From a virus: a stretch of DNA of 64,000 nt. Below the pieces are notes generated by a model, which was not told where the DNA came from, searched no databases, and saw only the letters and a program-made list of their open reading frames with translations. Shown piece by piece: positions 41,404 through 50,730 of the stretch (position 1 is the first letter of the stretch; every line of letters begins with the position of its first letter). The stretch is from IMG/VR virus record IMGVR_UViG_3300008267_000013, positions 1 through 64,000 of that record; one strand, 5' to 3'. Both the position numbers and the translations under genes were made by a program.

Positions 41404-42235
41404 GAGTGTGTTACAATTACCGGGAAGTGGCTTATGCTGCTTCTCGGTTTTTTATTGGAGGATATATGAACGTTAAAATTAGTTTTACAATACCAATTGA
41501 AGAATTACCAAATAAGATTTATGGGATTCTTAAAGAAAATGTTAATAAATTAGAAGATGCAGGTGAAATGTTAAACCAAGTATCAATAAACCAGAGTAAC
41601 TTAATATCTTCTATTAAAAATATAGATTCTATAAGAAAGTTACTACTTACAGTTGATACGCAGCTTGGAGATTGCTATAATATCCTTCTTGGTTACAACA
41701 AAGCAGTAACAGAATCTTTGTATCCAAAAGAAGAAGGGGTAAATAATGCAGTCGATGTGGACAACGACTCTTCACAAGGGTGATATAGTAAAGATTCCTC
41801 AGAACACTCATCTTTTTAGGGGAACATCGTTTTTTGTACCAGATAAACCAATATACGGAATAATTACAGAAGAAATAGAAGGTTATTACGATATTATGGT
41901 AAATGGCGAGAATTGGCTAGCCTTTAAGTGTGAAGTATACCCAGGGAGATAACATGGTTAGATTTACAGAAGTTTATCAGAAACAAGGTACTAATCAATA
42001 TAGTATGAGAGAGATTACTATCAACCCACAACACGTTGTAGCCTTTAGGGAAGATCCAGGTGTTCAGTCTGCATTAAATGAAAATAGACTACCAGAAGGT
42101 CTTTCTAAGAATATTGGCTTTACTCGTATCTATTTAAATTCAGGGCAGTTTAGTCTAAATGTTGTTGTAGCTGGTTCGCCAGAGATGGTGGAACAAAAAA
42201 TGTCCACCTCTAAGAAGCTGCTCAAGGGCTAATCT

Positions 42236-42634
42236 ATGGCAGAAGATAATCAAGATGATGATGAACTAAAAGATTATTTTGTTGTTAAGTTTGAAAAATT
42301 CCTTCAGCTGATGGAAGAAATAGAACACAAATATCAAATACTTGCTGATTTAATTCATGAACAAGTATTAGCTACATTACCAGACTTTTGGGAAGGTACT
42401 CCTATAAAAGATCTAATGAGGTTTTTTGTAGATGTATCCGATTTAAGAGACTTTTTGGAAGATAAAATAAACAACGCTTCCGACGATGAAGTTAAGTTAG
42501 CTGCAAAATATAATATAAAAGATGTTTTGATGAAAACAGAAGAACTAGCAAGGATGAATGTCCTACTTGTTTCAGTAGAGGAGCTAGAAGCAAGAATTGA
42601 AATAGAACATAAAATTTCTATACAGACCCATTGA
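42236..42634 (+). CDS. Hypothetical acidic protein
   Basis: 132 aa ORF. Confidence 0.5.
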   Translation: MAEDNQDDDELKDYFVVKFEKFLQLMEEIEHKYQILADLIHEQVLATLPDFWEGTPIKDLMRFFVDVSDLRDFLEDKINNASDDEVKLAAKYNIKDVLMKTEELARMNVLLVSVEELEARIEIEHKISIQTH

Positions 42635-42704
42635 CAAGTTTAAAGTAGTGATTACACTATAGACATACCGCGCCACTGGCGCTTTTTCAAAAGGAGAAAA
42701 ACGT

Positions 42705-43067
42705 ATGTCAATACTAGTTCGTGAGTTCGACAATCTATTTAGCAGCACGGCTTCAACCACTTGGGCAGATAGCCCAAGTTATGGTGCATATCACCAACAT
42801 ACCCGGGAGGATGAGATCCTTATCGAAGTACCACTTGTTGGGATGACTAAAGAAAATGTATCTGTTGATGTAAGTGATAATGTTTTAGCAGTTATAGCTA
42901 AAACTGATAACACAACACGATATACTAGAAACTTTAGTCAGAAGTGGATCCTAACAAAGGATTCTGATGCCGAGAATATTTCTGCTAAACTTGAAAATGG
43001 TTTACTTTCTGTACGTATTCCACGCACCAAACCAGCAAAGAAAGTTATTAATGTATCTGTTATTTAA
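42705..43067 (+). CDS. Small heat-shock protein (Hsp20)
   Basis: VPLVGMTKENVSV, ISAKLENGLLSVRIP; promoter at 42631, terminator at 43085. Confidence 0.88.
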   Translation: MSILVREFDNLFSSTASTTWADSPSYGAYHQHTREDEILIEVPLVGMTKENVSVDVSDNVLAVIAKTDNTTRYTRNFSQKWILTKDSDAENISAKLENGLLSVRIPRTKPAKKVINVSVI

Positions 43068-43149
43068 TAATAATTAAGTAATGGGCGAGCAGACTAAAAT
43101 CTGCTCGCTTTTTTATTGCTTTATATATATTATAAAGCTATTTATAGTC

Positions 43150-43473
43150 ATGAGATTAATATTATTAGACAAACGTGAATTAGAAATGGGTATTGAAAAA
43201 GAGAGTACCGAACACGGAATGTCATATGAAGAAGCTCGCAGAACAGCCATTGATCACCTAAAAGAACGACCTGATTATTATTCTGTAGCTGAAAAGGCTG
43301 GCCTTGAAGAAGAGGGTCTTGAAGAATGGACTGATTCTATTTTCACTAAAGAAAAAACAGGCGGCAGAACTGGTCGTTTAAAGAAACATTGGAACAAACA
43401 AAAGAGAAGTGGTAAGAAACAATTCGCGGATATTCCAGTTGGGGCTAGCGGCGGAATGTTTACAGACGAATAG
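43150..43473 (+). CDS. DUF5661-like phage protein
   Basis: ELEMGIEKE.EH...A..TAIDHLKE.PDYYS. Confidence 0.6.
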   Translation: MRLILLDKRELEMGIEKESTEHGMSYEEARRTAIDHLKERPDYYSVAEKAGLEEEGLEEWTDSIFTKEKTGGRTGRLKKHWNKQKRSGKKQFADIPVGASGGMFTDE

Positions 43474-43514
43474 TTCTGTGATACACTATATAAGTTTTAT
43501 AGAAGGATAATAAC

Positions 43515-43925
43515 ATGAAGATTACAAAAGAAAGACTAGAACAACTAATCCAGGAAGAACTAGCTGTTGGTGTTATAAGCCCAGAAGAGATGAAAGGTGG
43601 CGAAGAACCACGCGATCCAGATGGCTATGAGGGCCGTATGGCAAAGCAAAATCTATGGAAAATCTGCGAATACGCCAGAACTCTACATGATCTCATAGGC
43701 GACGATGAAAATCTAGAACCATGGGTAGAAGAGAAAATTGCGGTAGCAGCATTTATGATGGATTCAGTTGGACACTATATGGAATATGAGAAACACCGCT
43801 CACACGAAGGCTCAGAAGGTGAGATGGACCATGCTGATTTTGATGGTGGTCACGAAGAAGAGGGTGATGAGGAATATGAATTTGAATTCGAACCCGAAGA
43901 AGGCGAAGAAGAAGAGGAACTATAA
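43515..43925 (+). CDS. Hypothetical protein with MKITKERLEQLIQEE leader
   Basis: Leader motif; EGRMAK...LEPWVEEKI. Confidence 0.6.
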   Translation: MKITKERLEQLIQEELAVGVISPEEMKGGEEPRDPDGYEGRMAKQNLWKICEYARTLHDLIGDDENLEPWVEEKIAVAAFMMDSVGHYMEYEKHRSHEGSEGEMDHADFDGGHEEEGDEEYEFEFEPEEGEEEEEL

Positions 43926-45010
43926 TGTTAACAAGAAAAGAAACTCGTAAAGTTCTTGTTGAATGGAAAAACTTTCTTCAAGAAGGTGAAGGTAAGAAAA
44001 TAGCAGTTGTTGATTTAGACGGAACTGTTTTCGAGAAGGGATTAAACCTAGCAAATATCCCAGAGGGAACAGTTGCTGGTCCAATTAAATACTTCGCCTT
44101 ATCGTCTGTTGAATCATTAACTCCAAACGCTAAATCAAGCAATGGTATTTTTAATGGTAATGATGAAATATTTACTGATGTTATCAAGCAAGTTAATGAT
44201 TTAAAGAAGCAAGGTCACAAGGTTGTTATGTTAACAGCTAGATCCGTTCCAAACTTCGCTGATTATAAGGCCAAAAATGATCCTAATCTTAATTTTGTAG
44301 ATTCAGGTGTTACCTTAATTGAAACTAACGGTGAGTTATTAAACAAACTAAGCCAACTTGTAAGAGATATTGGTTTAGAAGTTGATGAAATTTATCCACT
44401 AAACGCTCCCGAAGAAGGCAAAAAACATGCCAAGAAAGCAGAATCATACAAGAAAGATGCAATAATCAACATTGTCAGAGATGCCTCAGAAGTAATCATT
44501 TTCGAAGATGATAGAGAAATAAAAGTAGCTCTACAAAATAAGCTACATAAAGAGTTACCAGATGTTCTTGTTAATTTTGCAAATGTTGGCCCAGCGATAA
44601 CAGATACCGCACGCGAAGAAGATGCTGCTGCCAAAGAACAGGTTAAAACTACAGCTTTAAAGGTAGTAGAAGCAATCTTTGGTGAAGGTACTTATGTAAG
44701 ACCACAGGGTAGACCATCAGACACAATAGTTAAAATGCGCGATATTCTATATCCTGCACAAATTAGCAGCGAAGAAGACGACATTCTGCAATCAGTTATT
44801 AAAATTTATACAAATGCTACAAAGAAGCTAACCTTCAAAGATTTTGAAATTGTCAGTAATCTAAAAGATAATAAAGCGCTATTAAAGAAGTTTAAAGCAG
44901 CCTATAAAGAAGCTAGTAAAGAGCAAGGGTTCACACCAGAACCTGATGAGATGGGTGATCAACTTAAAGAATCCTTAAATAAATTGAGAGTTATATTAAA
45001 AAATAAGTAG
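43925..45010 (+). CDS. HAD-superfamily phosphatase domain protein
   Basis: VVDLDGTVF, MLTAR, K, IFEDD. Confidence 0.6.
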   Translation: MLTRKETRKVLVEWKNFLQEGEGKKIAVVDLDGTVFEKGLNLANIPEGTVAGPIKYFALSSVESLTPNAKSSNGIFNGNDEIFTDVIKQVNDLKKQGHKVVMLTARSVPNFADYKAKNDPNLNFVDSGVTLIETNGELLNKLSQLVRDIGLEVDEIYPLNAPEEGKKHAKKAESYKKDAIINIVRDASEVIIFEDDREIKVALQNKLHKELPDVLVNFANVGPAITDTAREEDAAAKEQVKTTALKVVEAIFGEGTYVRPQGRPSDTIVKMRDILYPAQISSEEDDILQSVIKIYTNATKKLTFKDFEIVSNLKDNKALLKKFKAAYKEASKEQGFTPEPDEMGDQLKESLNKLRVILKNK

Positions 45011-45087
45011 TTTTCAGAACTAATTATATATGTAGGGAAAGGAGAATATAATTTTAACGGGCTTGATACGCCAAGGATAAACCCAGA

Positions 45088-45360
45088 ATGTGTACCATTT
45101 GTAAAAAGTTTAAAAAGGGAACGATTGATACCGACGAAGCAAGAGATTTGTTAGAGGAGTCACTAGAGTTCCTGAGTGAAGAACACATCGAAGAAGTAGA
45201 ACAGATGATCTTTGAAGCAGAAGATACATATGAATACATGATGGAACGCCACCTTGATAAGCTAGAATTAGACGGTGGCCCTGGCTATGAAGATGACGAA
45301 GATTATATTATCGAAGAAGATCTTCACGAAGAAGAAATCCCAGAAGATGATGACGAATAA
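45088..45360 (+). CDS. Small acidic protein
   Basis: MCTIC start; ACTAATTA at 45019. Confidence 0.5.
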   Translation: MCTICKKFKKGTIDTDEARDLLEESLEFLSEEHIEEVEQMIFEAEDTYEYMMERHLDKLELDGGPGYEDDEDYIIEEDLHEEEIPEDDDE

Positions 45361-45423
45361 TTTATAAGGATAGAAATACAGCCACCGCATAGAAATGTGC
45401 GGTGGTTTTCTATTTATTACAGC

Positions 45424-46119
45424 ATGAAATTATATTTCAATCACGAAATGGGTTTTGGTAAGATGATGCATGAAACAATGCTTTATTATCCATTTGGTGC
45501 AACATTTGAACCACATGAGCGTTCACACGCATTGGAAACAGGTTGGTTCCCCATTAATAATGTTATGTGGTTTCAAAGCCGCTCAACAAGAATAAACTTA
45601 AAAAAGTATTCACCATCGGAGAAAGTGTTAAAGCTTTCAAAGAGCATAAAATATTATCCAGATGTCAATATGACACCTGTTAAAAAAGCGCGTCTCCAGG
45701 AGATATATGATAAATATGTCCAACATAAAGGTTTCCGCGATTTATCATTAACAGTTGATGATATGATTGCAAACTCAAGCGGACATGTGTATTATGTACA
45801 CAATAACAAGATAATAGGTTTTACATTCTATAAGATAATCGGCAAGAATTATCTCTCAATAGAGTTTGCTTGGGATTATGAATTACCAAAGTTATCACTT
45901 GGACATGTTAGTATATATTTTGAAAGTCTGTTTGCAAAAACGCAGCGTTGCGAGTATATGTATCTCTCTGCTGGTTATGAGTCATGCTCGCTTTATAAAG
46001 CAGACTATAAAGGGTTTGAGTGGTGGAAAGGGTATGAGTGGTCAGATGATGTTGACAAGTTCAAGAGCCTATGCTACATTGATGAGCAAGTGAAGATCTT
46101 GAACTTTGAGAGCACATGA
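45424..46119 (+). CDS. Ate1/Bpt-like aminoacyl-tRNA--protein transferase
   Basis: LETGW, STRINL, AWDYELPKLSLG...E...YMYL..GY..C..YKADY matches the ATE_C pattern (D-P...SLG, YxYLGY, YK). Confidence 0.7.
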   Translation: MKLYFNHEMGFGKMMHETMLYYPFGATFEPHERSHALETGWFPINNVMWFQSRSTRINLKKYSPSEKVLKLSKSIKYYPDVNMTPVKKARLQEIYDKYVQHKGFRDLSLTVDDMIANSSGHVYYVHNNKIIGFTFYKIIGKNYLSIEFAWDYELPKLSLGHVSIYFESLFAKTQRCEYMYLSAGYESCSLYKADYKGFEWWKGYEWSDDVDKFKSLCYIDEQVKILNFEST

Positions 46120-46803
46120 AGCTCCATACAATAGAAATTGGTGATCTTGTTTCACACTGCGGCATACCAAAAACGCTTGGTGTAGCATACGAACAAGTTG
46201 ATTGTCCATCAAGTGCTTTTTATGCGGTACACTGGATTGTGCATCCTGACATTGACATGTACGGCGACTATGGTATAATCGACATCAAGTGGTTGAGGCC
46301 ATTCAAACCTTGGCGTGGATTCTATAAGCGAGAAGATTAAGATGGGATGAACGTGGAATAACCACGATCAATATCGATGAAGAAGGATGGGAGTTTGTAT
46401 AATGATTAAAAAACTTAAACAACTTTATTACAGATGGCTTAGAAGAGGAATGGTACCAGAAGATGAAGTTTATATTGTGTTGCGAAGACCAGATGCAGAA
46501 ATAGGGCTTGTTAATATAGAAAGTGTACATAAGACTCTAAAAAGTGCTATCTCTGGCCGCAATAGACTAATCCGCAATAGTGGCGATATTGATGGTTACC
46601 AAATTGAAAGATATGGAATGTGGAGATCCTAAATGTCTCAAGGCACAAGCCTCTTCGTAACTTTCCTGTTCGTGTTCATTAATGGTATCATAGCAGGAAT
46701 AGCAATAGCTGGCGCAGGAAAGTAGAAGAAGTTACTTGACAAGAAACAAGAAGTGAAGTATAGTAAGTCTACAACAACCGCCCTGCGGGGCAAGGAGAAA
46801 ACA

Positions 46804-47046
46804 ATGGCTCGCTCAACTCGTAACACCCGTTCTACGGCTACTGCTTCAACCACCGGCAACGTACGCCGCAGCGCCAAGCGTAGCATCACCAACTACACCT
46901 TCACCTATCAACGTGATCGTGTAAGCCGCCGTGCTGGCTCATCCTATCTAAACATTGCTCCACGGGGCGATGGGTCACCAGTTACGATGACTCTACAGGA
47001 GGCCCGCAGCCTATATAACTTCCTAGAGGCGGCACTAGGTCAGTAA
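46804..47046 (+). CDS. Small Arg/Ser/Thr-rich basic protein
   Basis: TTGACA-17-TATAGT at 46736, AAGGAG RBS. Confidence 0.6.
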   Translation: MARSTRNTRSTATASTTGNVRRSAKRSITNYTFTYQRDRVSRRAGSSYLNIAPRGDGSPVTMTLQEARSLYNFLEAALGQ

Positions 47047-47129
47047 TCCTTAACCCGTAGTATAAAAGGAATATGAAGCGACACCCTGCTACTTATACTA
47101 GCAGGGTGTTTGCTTAGGAGGACAGATGT

Positions 47130-47534
47130 ATGCAGGACACAGAAGAAAGTATAGCTCTTGCTAAAAAGCTATATGATAGATACCGTAGAATATTCAAGAA
47201 ACAAATTCATATAGATCACCACCCTGGCTGGTATCCTATAATAGAAGATCTAACACACGATTTATATGAGCTGTCGCTAGAATATTCAGAAGGCTCTATA
47301 AATGTGGAATGTGTACGCGATAAGATGGGTGGTTTAAGATATTATGTTGAGTATCATCTACCAGATGAAGAAATAATGGAGATTGAGAAACTTATAAGAA
47401 AGTATGAGAAACAGTCTCTAAAGACTTGCGAAGAGTGTGGCGAATCTGGTAGTATGTGTTCACCGAAGATCTTTTGGTTTGTAACACTTTGTGCTAAATG
47501 TAGAGAAAGATATGGGGATATAAATGGAAGCTAA
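47130..47534 (+). CDS. Paralog of 10805..11272
   Basis: PGW, DKMGGLRYYV, CEECG...TLC. Confidence 0.6.
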   Translation: MQDTEESIALAKKLYDRYRRIFKKQIHIDHHPGWYPIIEDLTHDLYELSLEYSEGSINVECVRDKMGGLRYYVEYHLPDEEIMEIEKLIRKYEKQSLKTCEECGESGSMCSPKIFWFVTLCAKCRERYGDINGS

Positions 47535-47762
47535 GAACTATTTACTAATAGCTAGAAGCGGTGATGGTTTTATGCATGAGAAGGTTAATCTCATGTGTGA
47601 CGTAGAAACAGCAAAGTTAGTTTTGAAACTAATGATGCAGACCTCCCCTCGTCTAGTTAGAGGTGAGATTATCGATGGTAATAGGACTCATATTGGCGAT
47701 TTCTCTGTTAAGCCATCTGTATTTATATACCGTGATGGCGAAACATTTTCAGAAGAAATGAG

Positions 47763-47984
47763 TTGGCGATGATCAAGTTTAAGTATGAGAAGGGTGATAT
47801 CGTTACTTTTACATTTGTGGAAGGCGCAACAACCTATAATAATGGTGTTGTAATCAACCGCTGGCAAACTGATGCAAAGCGCAAAGGTGGAAAGCGAGCA
47901 ATTTATGAGATTGCAAGCATGAATCACTGCATGAACAGTTTCTCTATTGGAGAAAGCTGTATCTTAAAGAAGATTAGTGAATGA
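47763..47984 (+). CDS. KOW/SH3-like small protein (GD family outlier)
   Basis: KYEKGDIV. Confidence 0.5.
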   Translation: MAMIKFKYEKGDIVTFTFVEGATTYNNGVVINRWQTDAKRKGGKRAIYEIASMNHCMNSFSIGESCILKKISE

Positions 47985-48241
47985 AATATAAGTGGTCGGC
48001 AGGCGATCTAGTAGAATTTATACCAGGAAATTATCTCTTTAGGGGTTATAATACCTCTTTCTGGCTTGAAGGGGCTGGTATAATATATGGTATTGAGGAT
48101 GATCATTACATTATAAGAGTGTACAATCTACGTAGAACATCTACTAAAAACCTTGCTACTTATGACATTGGTGAAACAATGATGAAACTACCTGCTAAAG
48201 ATTGCGATATGCAGGAGTGTTTTAGATCTCTAGAGGACTAA
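47981..48241 (+). CDS. KOW/SH3-like small protein (GD family outlier)
   Basis: KWSAGDLV. Confidence 0.5.
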   Translation: MKYKWSAGDLVEFIPGNYLFRGYNTSFWLEGAGIIYGIEDDHYIIRVYNLRRTSTKNLATYDIGETMMKLPAKDCDMQECFRSLED

Positions 48242-48260
48242 TTATAGCAGGAGGTCTGCT

Positions 48261-48857
48261 ATGTCCTTGATTTCTGAAGAACAGCTAAAAAAGATTTTTA
48301 AAAATTGCAAAGACGATAAAATTAAATTTTATTGTGATGCTTTCAATAAAGTATTTCCAATATATGAAATTAATACACCAAACCGTATTGCTGGTTTCCT
48401 TGGACAAGTTGCTGTTGAATCAGGTGAACTTAAATACGACGTAGAACTTCCATCTAAATGGAACAAAAAGAACCCTAAAGATCCTAAGGAGCCAATTGGT
48501 ACGCTATATGAGGGCCGCGCCAACCTAGGCAATAAAACGCTTGGTGATGGCCCTAAGTTTATTGGCAGAGGTATATTACAGTTAACTGGTAGAGCAAACT
48601 ACGAAACAATGTCTAAAAAACTAGGTTTAGATCTAGTTAATAGTCCAGAATTGGCAGCAACACCAGAAGTCTCTACTAAGATTGCATGCCAATACTTCAA
48701 AGATAGGGGTTTATTATCTCTATGCGATGTATGGAACCTGGATGAAGTGACACGCCGCGTCAACGGTAATGCCAAGCTTCACCTAAAAGAAAGGATAGAA
48801 TATTCAGAGCGGGCATTAAAAGTGTTAAAGGATAAGAAGGAGTATGCGAACTGTTAA
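48261..48857 (+). CDS. Glycoside hydrolase 19 endolysin
   Basis: FLGQVAVES, LGN...GDG..FIGRGILQLTGRANY, TRRVNG; ACTAATTA at 48237. Confidence 0.9.
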   Translation: MSLISEEQLKKIFKNCKDDKIKFYCDAFNKVFPIYEINTPNRIAGFLGQVAVESGELKYDVELPSKWNKKNPKDPKEPIGTLYEGRANLGNKTLGDGPKFIGRGILQLTGRANYETMSKKLGLDLVNSPELAATPEVSTKIACQYFKDRGLLSLCDVWNLDEVTRRVNGNAKLHLKERIEYSERALKVLKDKKEYANC

Positions 48858-49065
48858 AGGAAGAGCGACTGTTGCTGATGTAGTTGTGATGCTATTTGTA
48901 GTAATATTTGCATTAATTGTATTACTCGGAATACAATGTAAGAAGGTTGAGCGCACTGATCACCTATCTAATTGTTTAAAGGTATGCTATCCTAAAGACG
49001 TAGACGAAGATAGTTCTAGAATATATTGTCATTGTAAGGAGAATGTTGATGAGAGCGCAAAATAA
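48844..49065 (+). CDS. Membrane-anchored Cys-rich protein
   Basis: TM helix then C-x3-CYP...YCHCK. Confidence 0.55.
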   Translation: MRTVKGRATVADVVVMLFVVIFALIVLLGIQCKKVERTDHLSNCLKVCYPKDVDEDSSRIYCHCKENVDESAK

Positions 49066-49285
49066 AACGAAAACGAACCCTAAAGTAAATTACTTAGGTA
49101 TGCTCGTTATAACGTGGATTCTTATATTTATGACAATCCCATTCTTTTATCAGACTTGGAAAGAGCGAGCTGAGGCAAAGGCCCAGTTGACAGAATGTGA
49201 AAGAATGTGTTATCCTAGCCAAATCTTGGAAGACGGTGAAAATTATTGTTACTGTAAGCCATACGTGAAATCAAATCTTCCTTAG
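49043..49285 (+). CDS. Membrane-anchored Cys-rich protein (paralog of 48844)
   Basis: TM helix then C-x3-CYP...YCYCK. Confidence 0.55.
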   Translation: MLMRAQNKTKTNPKVNYLGMLVITWILIFMTIPFFYQTWKERAEAKAQLTECERMCYPSQILEDGENYCYCKPYVKSNLP

Positions 49286-49900
49286 AGGAATAATAATGAA
49301 TCCCAGGCAATTCTATCTTATCGTGGACAAGTGGGGTAATATAATTGCATATAGGGATTTTTCTTGGTCACCAAGTGATGTGTCACCATATAAAGTTATG
49401 CACTGGACAGGAATAGTATTTGTGGAGTGGAAGAAATAATGGTTCTTAAATATTTTTATCGTGTCTACGACACAGAAAGTGAGATACCGATGATTCTTAA
49501 TCCGTGTTATGTTGTTGTTGACAAAGATGGTGATTTTGTTGACGCCTCAAGCGCCAAACTGCCACCATCTGCTCTTGATCACGTTTTGGAACGAGTCAAT
49601 AGACAATTTCCAGAGAACAAACCATTTCGAGTTGTTAAATGGACAGGTAAAAGTTTTGTAGAACTAACTCCTGTAACTTAAAGGATTTAATATAAATGTG
49701 GAATATTGCAGTTGTAAGTAAAACTAACAAAGATGATATTAAATGGTTTGTAAATGGATATGATGGCCGTCCGTTAAGATTTATAGAGTATGGTACAGCT
49801 GAACGTGAAGCTCTATATATGAATAACGGAACTGCTGGTGCAATATTTCTTGAAGATGATCTAGAATATCGTGTTATACTAGAACAGAAAGAAGCATGGT

Positions 49901-50101
49901 ATGACAATTAGGAATAGCGCTATATGTTTAGAATGCAATACAGAAGTGGAGAGTAAACACCGCCATGACTACGTTAGATGCCCTTGTGGTAATGTTGCTG
50001 TTGATGGCGGTAAGGATTACTTTAAACGTTCTGTACGAAACGTTGCAATGTTTAAAGACACAAGTATCTGTGAAGCCAGAGGGGACAATGGAACTAACTG
50101 A
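49901..50101 (+). CDS. Small Zn-finger phage protein
   Basis: CLEC...ESKHRHDYVRCPCGNVAVDGG. Confidence 0.65.
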   Translation: MTIRNSAICLECNTEVESKHRHDYVRCPCGNVAVDGGKDYFKRSVRNVAMFKDTSICEARGDNGTN

Positions 50102-50334
50102 TAAACAATATTTTTGTTTTACAAACTATACATATGATAAAGAATTTTATGTTATGACCACAAATGCTTCCGAGACAGGTGAATGGGAAACATGCGTATT
50201 TTGTAACGACCCAGTCACAGGTGTCAGGGACTTTGAAAGTTTGGTTGAGCAAATAAGATTCAATTCACAAGATGAAGCAAAACAAATGCATTCTGATGTT
50301 CTTTACAAGTGGAATACACTTGGAGTAGTTTAAA

Positions 50335-50658
50335 AATATAAATGGTAGTTGGCTTAATGGTAGCCATCTTTAATCAGTGAGACAAAATCCCGAGGCGTAT
50401 GCTAGCAATCCAAATACTGGACAGAATGCGAAAGCCCCGAAAAATACTTCTTACGAACCCCGATAGAGTAAGAGGTTATTGTAACAACGGTGTTGTACGT
50501 TTAGTAGGGTAACTGTGGCTAGCTGAGAGGAGGCCCGGGTTGGGGAATGGGACAAATGGACTGACTGAACTAACCACTTCGTTTTAATTAACAGGTGGAG
50601 CCGATAAAAAGGCCGATACAAGTCCATCTCTTAGGTGTAACAACAGGCCATTTATATT
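50335..50658 (+). ncRNA. Candidate ~325-nt structured RNA of unknown class
   Basis: ORF-free, GC-richer gap; 11-bp closing stem AATATAAATGG/CCATTTATATT; several internal helices; terminator follows immediately. Confidence 0.65.
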
Positions 50659-50659
50659 G

Positions 50660-50685
50660 CCCTCCTCGTAAGGGGAGGGTTTTTT
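50660..50685 (+). terminator. Intrinsic terminator
   Basis: CCCTCCTC-GTAA-GGGGAGGG-TTTTTT. Confidence 0.8.
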
Positions 50686-50730
50686 ATTGGTAGCTTGACT
50701 TGATATAGACTACCATGTAGAATGTACCCT

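Noticed and set aside
50335-50658. Calling the RNA tmRNA, RNase P or a group I/II intron
   Set aside because: No tRNA-like ends or CCA, no P4 signatures, no canonical P7 or complete domain V
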